A stretch of 64,000 bases of DNA, taken from Campylobacterota bacterium. GTDB lineage: Bacteria > Campylobacterota > Campylobacteria > Campylobacterales > Arcobacteraceae. The notes beneath the pieces were generated by a model. The model had not been told where the DNA came from and did not search any database. It worked only from the letters and a program-made list of their open reading frames with translations. Shown here piece by piece: positions 51,010 to 62,078 of this stretch. Where the stretch lies: NCBI GenBank assembly GCA_051746405.1, contig JBNJFB010000001.1, positions 1 through 64,000 of the forward strand, read 5' to 3'. Positions within the stretch are counted from its first letter, which is position 1. Every line of letters starts with the position of its first letter. Both the position numbers and the translations under genes were made by a program.

Positions 51010-51130
51010 ATAGATAGGTTGACGCAGCGACTTATTTATAAACATATAAGATAGAATTTTCTTAATATGAATAATTTTTTTTATGTTTCCTTGTGTTAAA
51101 AAGGGGTGCTAGTCTTAGTGCCCTTTTTTT
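51010..51130 (+). ncRNA. Candidate ~120-nt small RNA
   Basis: TGtTACAAT extended -10 (50995-51003), two hairpins, and a U-tailed terminator (51101-51130). Confidence 0.5.
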
Positions 51131-51208
51131 ATTTCAAACTTCAATAAGTCTTAATTAATTTATGCTAATATTTCAAAATGAATAACTCCACTATGAAAAT
51201 CAAATAAT

Positions 51209-53275
51209 ATGCCCTTATCAAATCTAAATGAAGAGCAACTACAAGCCGCCACTTGTCAAAAAGGTTATAATCTTATTATTGCAAGTGCAGGTACTGGAAA
51301 AACCTCTACAATTGTAGGAAGAATTGCAAATTTAATAAATAACGGTGTAAGACCAGAAGAGATACTATTATTAACCTTTACAAATAAAGCAGCAGCTGAG
51401 ATGGTACAAAGAATTGGTAAATATTTTGGTAAAGATACTGCAAAAAATATTATGGCTGGAACTTTTCACTCAGTCTCTTATAAACTTTTAAAACAGTTAG
51501 ATGAAAATATAAAATTAAAGCAACCAAATGAGTTAAAAACACTCTTTAGGTCACTTTATGAAAAAAGAGTTTTTTATGATAGACATGATGATGTAAATCC
51601 CTATGATGGTGGATATCTTTATGATATGTACTCTTTATATTTAAACTCAAATGAGGGTGAAAGTTTTGGAGAGTGGATAAAGAATAAAAATCCAGACCAT
51701 GAGATGTATGTGATGATTTATGAAGATGTTGTTTTAGAGTTTGGGGATTTAAAAAAGAGATATAAGTATGCAAGTTTTGATGATTTGCTAACTCTTATGC
51801 TAGAGACTTTAGAAGATAAAGAGTATGTGTTTAAAGAGATATTAGTAGATGAATACCAAGATACTAATCCGTTACAAGGGCGTTTGCTAGATGGCTTTAA
51901 ACCAAAATCTCTCTTTTGTGTGGGTGATTATGACCAAAGTATATATGCTTTTAATGGCTCTGATATTGGTATCATCTCCACATTTTCTAAAAGGTATCAT
52001 AATGCTAATGTTTTTACTTTGCGAAAAAACTATAGATCTTCAAAGCCTATATTAGATTTAGCTACTAAAGTAATTGAATATAATGAAAGAGTATATGAAA
52101 AGAAGCTTGAAGTAATACGAACAGATATTGATTATAAACCAAGACTATTAGCATTTAATGAGCTATTTTCACAATATCAGTATATATCTGAACTAATATC
52201 ACAAAGTCAGACTCCACATAATGAAATAGCAATAATTTTTAGAAATAACTCAAGTGCAGATGGAATTGAAGCAAACTTAAGGGAGTATAAAATACCTGCT
52301 AAAAGAAAAGGTGGTATGTCTTTTTTTGATTCTGTTGAGATAAAGTTTTTGCTTGATGTGTTAGTTATGCAACTTTCACACAATGATATGATGGCTTTTA
52401 TTCATGTTTTAGAACATGGTAAGGGTATTGGAAAAGCTATTGCAAAAGATATTTTTGATGCATTGATAAAGCTTGGTAGTGGAGATTTATTTAAGGGTCT
52501 ATTCTCACCAAATCCTTCTATAAAAAATCCATATGAATCAAATAAAGTAAAAAATATTCAACTTGGTCTATTTGATGATTTTATTGAATTGGGTTCTATT
52601 TCTAAGTTTAAAGATTGTGGTTTTGATGAAGCTTTTTTAGCAAACCCAATCTTAAAACATCCAAAATTATCCGTTGATGGTGCGAAATATATCTATGACT
52701 TTTATTTACTATTGAAGCTATTAAGACGTACAAAAAATCCAAACTCTTTAGTAACATCAATATCCTCATCTATGATGTACTCTAAAATCAAAGAGATGTT
52801 AGCCATAAAAAGAGCAACTCAAAAAGATGGAACAGTAAATGTGATGCAAAAAACAAAAAGTTTAGCAAAGATAAATAGAAAAGTTATGCTTTTAAAAAAT
52901 CTAACTAGAAACTTTAGTGATTTATCAAAGTTTGTAAACTCAATGATTTTAGGTGGAAGTGAGATGAGTGAAGGAGATGGAGTAAACCTTCTATCTGTTC
53001 ATGCAAGTAAAGGTTTAGAGTTTAAAGAGGTTTATGTAATAGATTTAATGGATGGTAGATTTCCAAATAGAAAGCTTATGAGCAAAGGTGGAAGTATGGA
53101 TGAAGAGAGAAGGCTTTTTTATGTGGCTGTAACTAGAGCTAAAGATATTTTATACCTATCTTTTGCAAAATATGATAAAGTGAAAAAAATATCTTTTGTA
53201 GCAAGTCCATTTTTAAAAGAAGCAGGACTTATAAAAGATAGCATGGATGAGAAAATAGCACCCGATAGTGTATAA
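51209..53275 (+). CDS. UvrD/REP-family ATP-dependent helicase
   Basis: ASAGTGKT, LTFTNKAA, DEYQD, VGDYDQSIY, NYRS, HASKGLEF, EERRLFYVAVTRAK. Confidence 0.93.
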   Translation: MPLSNLNEEQLQAATCQKGYNLIIASAGTGKTSTIVGRIANLINNGVRPEEILLLTFTNKAAAEMVQRIGKYFGKDTAKNIMAGTFHSVSYKLLKQLDENIKLKQPNELKTLFRSLYEKRVFYDRHDDVNPYDGGYLYDMYSLYLNSNEGESFGEWIKNKNPDHEMYVMIYEDVVLEFGDLKKRYKYASFDDLLTLMLETLEDKEYVFKEILVDEYQDTNPLQGRLLDGFKPKSLFCVGDYDQSIYAFNGSDIGIISTFSKRYHNANVFTLRKNYRSSKPILDLATKVIEYNERVYEKKLEVIRTDIDYKPRLLAFNELFSQYQYISELISQSQTPHNEIAIIFRNNSSADGIEANLREYKIPAKRKGGMSFFDSVEIKFLLDVLVMQLSHNDMMAFIHVLEHGKGIGKAIAKDIFDALIKLGSGDLFKGLFSPNPSIKNPYESNKVKNIQLGLFDDFIELGSISKFKDCGFDEAFLANPILKHPKLSVDGAKYIYDFYLLLKLLRRTKNPNSLVTSISSSMMYSKIKEMLAIKRATQKDGTVNVMQKTKSLAKINRKVMLLKNLTRNFSDLSKFVNSMILGGSEMSEGDGVNLLSVHASKGLEFKEVYVIDLMDGRFPNRKLMSKGGSMDEERRLFYVAVTRAKDILYLSFAKYDKVKKISFVASPFLKEAGLIKDSMDEKIAPDSV

Positions 53276-53364
53276 TAGCTAATGTAATATAAGAAAATTT
53301 ATCTAAAGGAAAAATTAGATATAATCAAAATAAATTTTAAATGATTTATGATATAGGAAGTTTT

Positions 53365-55980
53365 ATGAGTGAAAAATATGAACCGTCAAAAGTAGAAGAT
53401 AATTTTTATAAGATTTGGGAAGATAGGGGTTATTTTGAGATTGATGGAAATAAGTCAATTCAAGAAGAAGATAAAAAATTTGCAATTATGATGCCCCCAC
53501 CAAATGTAACAGGAAGTTTACATATAGGTCATGCACTTACATTTACTTTGCAAGATATTATTACTAGATATAAAAGAATGGATGGATATAAAACTCTTTG
53601 GCAGCCAGGAACTGATCATGCAGGTATTGCTACTCAAAATGTTGTTGAAAAACAGCTTTTAGCTAAAGGAACCACAAAAGAAGAGTTAGGTAGGCAAAAG
53701 TTTTTAGAAAAAGTATGGGAGTGGAAAGAGTACAGTGGTGGAACTATTGTACATCAAATGAGAAAGTTAGGAATTACTCCTGCTTGGTCTAGACAAAGAT
53801 TTACTATGGATGAGGGATTAAAGCAAGCTGTTAAAGAGGCTTTTGTTCATCTATACAATGAAGGGATGATTGTACAAAATAACTATATGGTTAATTGGTG
53901 TACACATGATGGAGCTCTTTCTGATATTGAAGTTGAGTATGATGAAGTAAATGGAAAGTTTTATCATATGAACTATCACTTTGCTAATGAAAGTGGACAT
54001 ATAACAGTTGCAACAACTAGACCTGAAACATATTTTGGCGATACAGCTATTATGGTTCACCCAGATGATGAAAGATATACAGATATTGTAGGAAAAGAAG
54101 TACTGCTACCACTTACAAATAGAAAGATAAAAATTATTACAGATGAGCATGTTGATATGCAGTTTGGAACTGGAATCGTAAAAGTAACTCCGGCCCATGA
54201 CCAAAATGACTACGAAGTTGGTATTAGACATGATTTAGATTTTATTACATGTTTTGATGAAAAAGGTATCTTAAATGACTACTGTGGAGAGTTTGCAGGA
54301 CTTGAGAGACTAAATGCAAGGCAAACAATAGTATCAAAACTTCAAGATGAGGGATATATCACAAAAATTGAAGAGCATAATCATCAAGTAGGGCACTGTT
54401 ATAGATGTAAGAATATTGTTGAGCCTTATATTTCTAAGCAGTGGTTTGTAAGAAATGAGGTTGCAAAAGAGTCAATTAAAAAGACCTATGCAGGTGAAAC
54501 AAAGTTTCATCCAAACCATTGGTTAAACTCATATAGAGCATGGATGGATGAGTTAAGGGATTGGTGTATTTCAAGACAGTTATGGTGGGGACATAGAATT
54601 CCTGTATTTTATTGTGATGATTGTAATCATCAATGGGCTGATAAGAATGAACAACCTAAAGCTTGTCCAAAGTGTGCAAGTAAAAACTATACTCAAGACC
54701 CAGATGTTTTAGATACATGGTTTAGTTCTGCATTGTGGGCATTTTCACCACTTGGTTGGGGAAATAATGGAAAAATGCAAGAGACTTTTAATAAAGATGA
54801 TTTAAGTGATTTTTATCCAAACTCATTGCTTATTACAGGTTTTGATATTATGTTTTTCTGGGTTGCTAGAATGATGATGATGGGAGAGCATTTCCAAAAA
54901 GAGTTGCCATTTAAAGATATCTATATGCATGCTTTAGTTAGGGATGAAAATGGTGCAAAAATGTCAAAATCAAAGGGTAATGTTATTGACCCACTTGATA
55001 TGGTTGAAGAGTTTAGTGCAGATATTGTAAGGTTTTCACTTGCATACTTAGCTGTTCAAGGAAGAGATATCAAGCTTGGTAAAAAACATCTTGAATTGTA
55101 TAGAAACTTCACAAATAAGTTTTATAATGCTGCTAACTTCTTACAGCTAAATGTGAAAATATTCCCTGATTTAAATGAGATAGAAGTTCAAACACCACTT
55201 GGAAAGTATATGCTTTCAAGACTTTCAAATGCAGTTGATGAAGTAAGACAAAATCTTGATACATATAAGTTTAATGAAGCTGCTGCTAGTTTATATAAGT
55301 TTGTTTGGAATGAGTTTTGTGATTGGGGTATTGAGTATTCAAAAGCAAGTAAAGACTCAATTATTGAGCTTGGGAGTATTTTCAAAGAGACACTTAAGCT
55401 AACATCGCCATTTATGCCATTTATCTCAGAGTATTTATATCAAAGATTAAGTGGAAAAGAGCTTGAGAATAATAACTCAATAATGGTAATGAACTATCCA
55501 AAACAGCTACCAAAAGATAAAAATAGTGAATCAATGTTTGCAATAATTGAAGAGGCTATAACAGCAATTAGAAGAGCAAAAGTTGTTATTGATATGGGTA
55601 ATAGTAAAATTACAAAAGCATATATAAAGCTAGATAAGCAGATTGATACAGATTTAGCAAAACCATTTATTGAAAAACTATCAAAAGTTGAAGATGTTGA
55701 GTTTGTAAGTACAAAAGTTGAGAATAGTATAACAGATGTAAGTGATAACTTAGAGGTTTACTTACCAACAGATGAGATTGATATGAGTCCAATTATTAAT
55801 AAACTTACAAAGCAAAAAGAGAAAACTCAAAAAGAGTTTGATAAACTAAATGGTATGTTATCAAATGAAAACTTTGTGGCAAATGCCCCTGCTCATGTGG
55901 TTCAAGACAATAAAACTGCCCTTGAAGATATAAAGATAAAACTTGATAAAATAAATAAAGAATTAGAATCTTTAAACTAA
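53365..55980 (+). CDS. valS: Valine-tRNA ligase (start moved to MSEKY)
   Basis: PPPNVTGSLHIGH, WCISRQLWWGH, KMSKS, C-terminal coiled coil. Confidence 0.98.
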   Translation: MSEKYEPSKVEDNFYKIWEDRGYFEIDGNKSIQEEDKKFAIMMPPPNVTGSLHIGHALTFTLQDIITRYKRMDGYKTLWQPGTDHAGIATQNVVEKQLLAKGTTKEELGRQKFLEKVWEWKEYSGGTIVHQMRKLGITPAWSRQRFTMDEGLKQAVKEAFVHLYNEGMIVQNNYMVNWCTHDGALSDIEVEYDEVNGKFYHMNYHFANESGHITVATTRPETYFGDTAIMVHPDDERYTDIVGKEVLLPLTNRKIKIITDEHVDMQFGTGIVKVTPAHDQNDYEVGIRHDLDFITCFDEKGILNDYCGEFAGLERLNARQTIVSKLQDEGYITKIEEHNHQVGHCYRCKNIVEPYISKQWFVRNEVAKESIKKTYAGETKFHPNHWLNSYRAWMDELRDWCISRQLWWGHRIPVFYCDDCNHQWADKNEQPKACPKCASKNYTQDPDVLDTWFSSALWAFSPLGWGNNGKMQETFNKDDLSDFYPNSLLITGFDIMFFWVARMMMMGEHFQKELPFKDIYMHALVRDENGAKMSKSKGNVIDPLDMVEEFSADIVRFSLAYLAVQGRDIKLGKKHLELYRNFTNKFYNAANFLQLNVKIFPDLNEIEVQTPLGKYMLSRLSNAVDEVRQNLDTYKFNEAAASLYKFVWNEFCDWGIEYSKASKDSIIELGSIFKETLKLTSPFMPFISEYLYQRLSGKELENNNSIMVMNYPKQLPKDKNSESMFAIIEEAITAIRRAKVVIDMGNSKITKAYIKLDKQIDTDLAKPFIEKLSKVEDVEFVSTKVENSITDVSDNLEVYLPTDEIDMSPIINKLTKQKEKTQKEFDKLNGMLSNENFVANAPAHVVQDNKTALEDIKIKLDKINKELESLN

Positions 55981-55999
55981 AATAATTAAAAGGCCTATT

Positions 56000-56761
56000 A
56001 TGAAAAAAAGAAATATTATAAATCTACTTCTACTTACTTTTATAATCTCTTTTTTTCAAGGCTGCGTTGTACAAAATAGTATAAAAAGTAGTATGAAAAC
56101 TACATCAGCAGCTCAAGTTGGTATGTATAAGAATCAAATTATTGAAGATTTATTAAAGTATAAAAAGAAACTTGATTTAAGAAATCCATACTCTTATAAT
56201 AAAAATCTAGCAGATGATTTAAATAAACAAATCAAAACAAATAAAGACTATATTAATATTATTCAAGATGAAATAAAATTAAAAACTGCAAATGAGTATT
56301 TGTATTATGCATTTACACAAGCAAATATAGATAATAGAAATGACTTTTTGATTATTGGTTTATATAAACTAATCTATAAAGCTTATAATCTTGAAAAACC
56401 TCACCAATTTGCAGCTGTACAATACAACAAAAAATATATGCAAGAGCTATATACATACTTACAGGTAATTAGATGGAAAGTAAGAACAAAAAAAGATTTT
56501 GATGGAAACTATTTATTTACAACTTGGCAAAATAATTGGCAAATAGAGTTTATGAAAAAAGATACAGATAACTTAAATGAGATTAGAAATCTAGAGTATA
56601 TAAAAACTAATAAAGAGACTATCCTAGATCACTCAAACTTCTCTTTTGAAAATCTCATGTCAAAAATGCTTTTAAATGTTAGATATACTCTTAAAAAAAT
56701 GAATGTTGAACCTTACGATATGAGTCTGAATGCCTTGAAGAGTTTTATATTTATAATATAG
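56000..56761 (+). CDS. Hypothetical lipoprotein
   Basis: MKKR, hydrophobic core, FQGC lipobox. Confidence 0.7.
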   Translation: MKKRNIINLLLLTFIISFFQGCVVQNSIKSSMKTTSAAQVGMYKNQIIEDLLKYKKKLDLRNPYSYNKNLADDLNKQIKTNKDYINIIQDEIKLKTANEYLYYAFTQANIDNRNDFLIIGLYKLIYKAYNLEKPHQFAAVQYNKKYMQELYTYLQVIRWKVRTKKDFDGNYLFTTWQNNWQIEFMKKDTDNLNEIRNLEYIKTNKETILDHSNFSFENLMSKMLLNVRYTLKKMNVEPYDMSLNALKSFIFII

Positions 56762-56808
56762 TATTATAAAATATAATCTTAGATAATATCCTAAAACTAA
56801 GAAATAGA

Positions 56809-58902
56809 ATGAATTTAAAAAAAGACAATAAAAGATTTTTATATATATTTACTACTTTTATATTAGCATTTATATTAATATCATATATCTATATAGAAGA
56901 AAAAGAAAAAAGTTTAATTCATGAAAATTATACAAAATTATCAACTGATATTAAAAGTCATATAGTATCTTTTGTTGATAATAAAAAGAATTCAACAGCT
57001 GCTATTGCATTACCAATAGCAAATAGTGATAAGCTAATAAGTGCTTTTAAAAGTAGAGATTTTAGTGATTTAAGGTATAAAAGTTTAAAGTTTGCATTAA
57101 GAAATAATACAAACTACAAAAATCTTTGGATAGAAGTATTTGATAAAGATTTTATAAGTCTATATAGGTCATGGACTGATAATATGGAGTTTAAGAAGTT
57201 TGATACAAAAAACTTCAAACCTTTTGATGGGGTTAAAAAATCTATTGAGATTACGTGGTATGGACTTACATTTAAAGCAGTTGTTCCTGTATATGAAAAT
57301 AGAAAAAAACTTGGATATATTCAGACAATAACAAAGTTTAACTCCATAGCTAAAAATATCCAAAAGCAAGGTTTTACGCCTATTATATTAGTAGATAAAA
57401 AGTATAAAAAAAGTATAAAAAGACCTTTTACAAATAGTTTTGTAGGTGACTATTATGTGGCAAACTTAGATGCATCAAATGATATATTAGAAAAATTAGA
57501 TGAGGATAAAATCTCTGTTTTAAAAGATTTAGATAGCTATACAATATTTGAAAACTATTTTGTAACAAAGCAGAAAGTAGAAGATGGTATAGGGTATATA
57601 TTTGCATTTAAAAAAATAGATGAGATAGACACAAGCTTAATAACTAATTTTAAAAAGCAAGCTTTTTTACTAGTTTTTATTTTACTATTTTCACTTATAT
57701 TTATTGTATCAATCTACTCATATAATAGTTACACAAGAAATATAAAAAAACTAAATACAAATTTGTTAAGTATAGTAAAAAGATTAAGAAGACAAAGAAA
57801 TAAAACTCAGCTACTTTTAGACTCCCAATCAAGTATAATAATTATCACCGATGGAGAAGAGATAGTAAATGCAAATAAAAGATTACTAGAGTTCTTTACA
57901 GACTGTAGAAGTCTATTAGAGTTTAAAGAAAAATATAGATGTGTATGTACTGCCTTTATTGATATGGATGATGAGAGATATTTAGTTGATATTGATTATA
58001 ACGGAAATAATTGGGCTGAACATGTAATGGCTAACCCTGAAAAATCATTTAAAGCTGCAATATACGATGAGAATAAAAACACAGTACACTTTAAAGTGAG
58101 TGTTTCAATGAAGAGTTTTGATAGTTATATAATAGCAACACTTGTTGATATAACTCACGAAATAAAACTTCAAAATGAAGCAAAACAGAAAGATAAGTTA
58201 ATATTTCAGCAAAGTAAAATGTCATCTATAGCACAAATTTTACATAATATTGCACACCATTGGAGACAACCTTTAAATGTTATAACAACAGCTTCAAGCT
58301 CAATGAAACTCTATAATCAAATGAAAACTCTAGATGATGAAAAACTAAACTCTAATTGTGATTTAATTTTAAATAAAGCAAACTATCTATCAAGTACGAT
58401 AGATGATTTTAAGGATTTCTTTTTAGTAAGGAGCAGTAAGTTAGAGACTAAAAATATAGCTAGTATCATAAAGCAGACAGTAAACTATTTAGATGTGGTT
58501 ATTGAAGATTATAGTATAGATGTAAAGCTTGAACTTGATAAAAATGTAAATAAAGAGATATATGAAAATGAGTTTAAGCAAGCACTTCTTAAGATGTTAG
58601 ATAACTCAATTGAGTTACTTTATCAAAGAAAAAATGAAGATGAAAGAGTAATTATAATAAAACTTACAGATAATACTTTAAGTATTAAAGACTGCGCAAA
58701 TGGTGTAGATAAAAGTAGTCTTGATAAACTGTTTGAACCATATTATACTACAAAACATCAAGCTGTAGGAGTTGGACTTGGACTTTATAATGTACAGCAG
58801 ATACTAACAAATCAAATGAATTTTGAAGTAAGTGCAGCAAACTGCAGTTTTGAATATAATAACAAAAATCAAAAAGGCTTAGAAATAGTAGTTTGGTTTT
58901 AA
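56809..58902 (+). CDS. Orphan sensor histidine kinase (periplasmic sensor, PAS-like region)
   Basis: Two TMs; AHHWRQPL, DCANG, FEPYYTTK, GVGLGL. Confidence 0.88.
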   Translation: MNLKKDNKRFLYIFTTFILAFILISYIYIEEKEKSLIHENYTKLSTDIKSHIVSFVDNKKNSTAAIALPIANSDKLISAFKSRDFSDLRYKSLKFALRNNTNYKNLWIEVFDKDFISLYRSWTDNMEFKKFDTKNFKPFDGVKKSIEITWYGLTFKAVVPVYENRKKLGYIQTITKFNSIAKNIQKQGFTPIILVDKKYKKSIKRPFTNSFVGDYYVANLDASNDILEKLDEDKISVLKDLDSYTIFENYFVTKQKVEDGIGYIFAFKKIDEIDTSLITNFKKQAFLLVFILLFSLIFIVSIYSYNSYTRNIKKLNTNLLSIVKRLRRQRNKTQLLLDSQSSIIIITDGEEIVNANKRLLEFFTDCRSLLEFKEKYRCVCTAFIDMDDERYLVDIDYNGNNWAEHVMANPEKSFKAAIYDENKNTVHFKVSVSMKSFDSYIIATLVDITHEIKLQNEAKQKDKLIFQQSKMSSIAQILHNIAHHWRQPLNVITTASSSMKLYNQMKTLDDEKLNSNCDLILNKANYLSSTIDDFKDFFLVRSSKLETKNIASIIKQTVNYLDVVIEDYSIDVKLELDKNVNKEIYENEFKQALLKMLDNSIELLYQRKNEDERVIIIKLTDNTLSIKDCANGVDKSSLDKLFEPYYTTKHQAVGVGLGLYNVQQILTNQMNFEVSAANCSFEYNNKNQKGLEIVVWF

Positions 58903-58903
58903 C

Positions 58904-61900
58904 CTAACTACTATGTTTTCTTAATTTGTGTGTTAGTGCATAAAATACAGGTAAATAAATAAGATTTAAAATAGTTCCCCATAGTAAACCAAATCCAAGT
59001 GATATACCTATTGGTTGAAATATCACAGCTTGTCCTGTTGGGAAGAAGATAAGTGAACTCATACCAACAATAGTTGTAACAGTAGTAATTATAATAGGTC
59101 TAAATCTTTTCGTAGCTTTTATAAATATCTCATCTACACTTTTTGCTTTTTTTAGATATGTCATCATAATAATACCATCATTAATAACAACCCCTGCAAG
59201 ACCTAAAGCTCCTATCATAGATGGCATTGATAAGTTTATATCCATTATACTATGACCTATTAATATTCCTAAAAGTGAAAATGGGATAATACTCATTACT
59301 ATAAAAGTCTCTTTAAAGGAGTTAAATAAGTACAACATTGATATCATAATTAAAATCAATGCTAAACCTGTAGCTAAAACCATATCACTCATAAGATCTT
59401 TTTTCTTTTGTGCTTCACCTTTTATAATAAGTCTTACACCATCTTTCTCTATTTGCTTTAATGTTGTATCAATTTTATTCATAACTTCATTAGCTGTTAT
59501 AACTTCTGGGTCAACATTTGCAAATACATAGAAGTTTTTTTCACCTTTATCTTTTATTACTTGCTCAAACGCTTTTTGTGTTTTTATTGTAACTACTTCA
59601 CTTAATCTTACATATTTTCCATCTTGTAGTGGAATTTGTGTATCTAAAAAGTTTTCATAATCATCTTGATTTATAGATTTTATTTTTATATCAAGCATTT
59701 TCTCTTTGTCAAATGACACAGCTTTTTTCTTTAGCAAATATAAATTTGAAAGATAAGAGCCTATAAATGATTCGGTTAAGCCTAGTTGTTCCCCGTAATT
59801 ATTAACTTTTAATTTTAGCTCATCAACACCAAATTTTAATGAGTTTGATGTGGATAGTATTCCTTCTAAACTCTCTATTTTATCTTCAAGTAGTGCAACA
59901 TTTTTTATTATTTTTTGATTGTCATTTGATACTAAACCAATTTTAATATCAGATTTTACAGGTCCAACTCTTCTTTGTACTAGCTCAATCTCTTTTAGAT
60001 TGAACTTACTCTTATAATCTTTTTGTTCTAAAAACTTATCTAACTCTTTTGCTATTTGGGTTGATTTTGTAGTTCTTTGTCTACCCTGGTTGTCATAGTA
60101 AAAACTAAGATAAGGGGTAATATATTTATCTAAAAAGTTTTGAGGTTTTAGTTTTTTTAACTCTACTGTCATATACATAGCATAGGGGAAGTTTTCTGTA
60201 TTTCCACCCACATCTCGTCTAAATCCTGCAACTGAATCTATACTTCTTATAAAAAATCTCTCTTCATGTTTCATTAAATCATCTTCAATTGACTGAACTA
60301 TTTTAAATGACTCTTCTAAGGTGGTATTTACATTTGCTTTTAGAGTAACTCTTACACTACTTGCATCAAACTGTGGAAATAGTTGAAATTTTGAACTTTT
60401 AAACTGTGTAAAGATTATAATAGGAACTAAGATAAGAAATATTGTAATAAAACTCTTTTTCCATTTCATACAAAATTGAATAATAGCATTGTAAACTCTA
60501 TTTGCTTTTTCCCATGAAGTAACTTTTGAATTGTTTTTTAATACATGTGCTGCATGAATTGGTAAAAATAGAAAAGACTCAATAAGTGAAGCCACAACAA
60601 GAGCACTAAGTGCAATAGGAATTAGCTTTATAACTTCTCCCATAGTACCACTTATCATTAAAATAGGTAAAAATGAGAATAGAGTTGTTAGTGATGCTAC
60701 TGTTACAGGTTTTACCATCTCTTTAGCACCCATTATTGCAGCTTCTTTGGGAGGATAACCCTCTTCTATATGCTGTTGTATATTTTCACTTACAACAATA
60801 GCATCATCAACTACAATACCAATTGCAATTAAAACTCCCACAAGCGATATTAGGTTTATTGTATAGCCTGTAAAGTACATATAAGCTGCTGCTATCACAA
60901 AAGAAGTTGGGATACCAACTGCAATAATAAAGGACATTCTAAAGTTTATTAGTAGCATTACTAAAATTGTAATTAAAATAATTCCAAGTAAAATATTAGA
61001 GATTACTATATTTAATCTATCTTGTATTTTTTCACTATTATCATCAGATACAGTTATATTAATATTTGGATTTTCTTTCTCTAAGTTGGGTATTAACTCT
61101 CTTATATTTTTTACAAGCTCTATTGCATCAGCTGTATTACTTTGTTCTACGGATAGGGATAAAGCATTTTTACCATTAAATGAAAAAAGAGTAGAGGACT
61201 CTTCGTATGTTTTTTTAATAGTTGCTATATCACTTAGATATATATTTTTACCATCTATTTTCACTAAGGTATTAGCAAACTCTTTAGCTGTCTTAGCTCC
61301 ATTGTAAGTGGATAAAAAATAGTGTTTTTTACTATCTTCAATCTTACCTATAGGAAAAATATAAGACAAAGTTGATATGGTACTAAATATACTATTTTTA
61401 TTTAGATTTAAGGCATCTATCTTATTATCATCAAGTAGTATTTCATAATACTCATCTGAATCACCATATATAGTAATATCATTTACACCACTTATGTTTA
61501 AGATTTTACCTTTTAAATTATCTGCGAAACTTTTTAGTTCATCTGTTGTATATTTGTTTGAAGTTAATGCAATATCTACTACATCACGACTCTTATCAAG
61601 TACATTTACACTTGGTTCATCCATATCTGAGGGCAAATCACCTTTTACAAGTGCAATAGTATCTTTTATCTTATTGGATTCGTTATATTTATTTTTTCCC
61701 TTTTTTAGCTCAACTATAATAGAAAAACTTCCAGGAGAGACTACAGTTGTCATCTCCTTTACACTATCTAGATTTTTTAGATTATCTTCAATCTCTGTTA
61801 CAGCCATCTTATCTAAGATATCAACAGAAGTACCTGGGTATGAACCTTTTACAGATATCATATCAAGTTCAAAACTTGGAAATATCTCTTTTGGTGTATT

Positions 61901-61996
61901 GTTATAAGACCAAACTCCAACTGCAAATACTAAAACAAATAGAGTATAATTAATTCTTGAATTATTTACAAAAAATCTTAAAATTTTATCAAACAT
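58904..61996 (-). CDS. RND efflux permease (AcrB/AcrD/AcrF family)
   Basis: GIVVDDAIVVSENI, GVVINDGI, RFRPIIITT; 1030 aa. Confidence 0.93.
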   Translation of the reverse strand: MFDKILRFFVNNSRINYTLFVLVFAVGVWSYNNTPKEIFPSFELDMISVKGSYPGTSVDILDKMAVTEIEDNLKNLDSVKEMTTVVSPGSFSIIVELKKGKNKYNESNKIKDTIALVKGDLPSDMDEPSVNVLDKSRDVVDIALTSNKYTTDELKSFADNLKGKILNISGVNDITIYGDSDEYYEILLDDNKIDALNLNKNSIFSTISTLSYIFPIGKIEDSKKHYFLSTYNGAKTAKEFANTLVKIDGKNIYLSDIATIKKTYEESSTLFSFNGKNALSLSVEQSNTADAIELVKNIRELIPNLEKENPNINITVSDDNSEKIQDRLNIVISNILLGIILITILVMLLINFRMSFIIAVGIPTSFVIAAAYMYFTGYTINLISLVGVLIAIGIVVDDAIVVSENIQQHIEEGYPPKEAAIMGAKEMVKPVTVASLTTLFSFLPILMISGTMGEVIKLIPIALSALVVASLIESFLFLPIHAAHVLKNNSKVTSWEKANRVYNAIIQFCMKWKKSFITIFLILVPIIIFTQFKSSKFQLFPQFDASSVRVTLKANVNTTLEESFKIVQSIEDDLMKHEERFFIRSIDSVAGFRRDVGGNTENFPYAMYMTVELKKLKPQNFLDKYITPYLSFYYDNQGRQRTTKSTQIAKELDKFLEQKDYKSKFNLKEIELVQRRVGPVKSDIKIGLVSNDNQKIIKNVALLEDKIESLEGILSTSNSLKFGVDELKLKVNNYGEQLGLTESFIGSYLSNLYLLKKKAVSFDKEKMLDIKIKSINQDDYENFLDTQIPLQDGKYVRLSEVVTIKTQKAFEQVIKDKGEKNFYVFANVDPEVITANEVMNKIDTTLKQIEKDGVRLIIKGEAQKKKDLMSDMVLATGLALILIMISMLYLFNSFKETFIVMSIIPFSLLGILIGHSIMDINLSMPSMIGALGLAGVVINDGIIMMTYLKKAKSVDEIFIKATKRFRPIIITTVTTIVGMSSLIFFPTGQAVIFQPIGISLGFGLLWGTILNLIYLPVFYALTHKLRKHSS

Positions 61997-62078
61997 TTAT
62001 AACCTTTTAATATTAAAACAGAATTATAATCAACCTTTATTAACCTATGATTAATAATAGTAATATATCTACTATAAA

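Noticed and set aside
51083..51112. Mini-ORF MFPCVKKGC inside the sRNA candidate
   Set aside because: It has no SD, is only 9 codons, and runs into the terminator stem.
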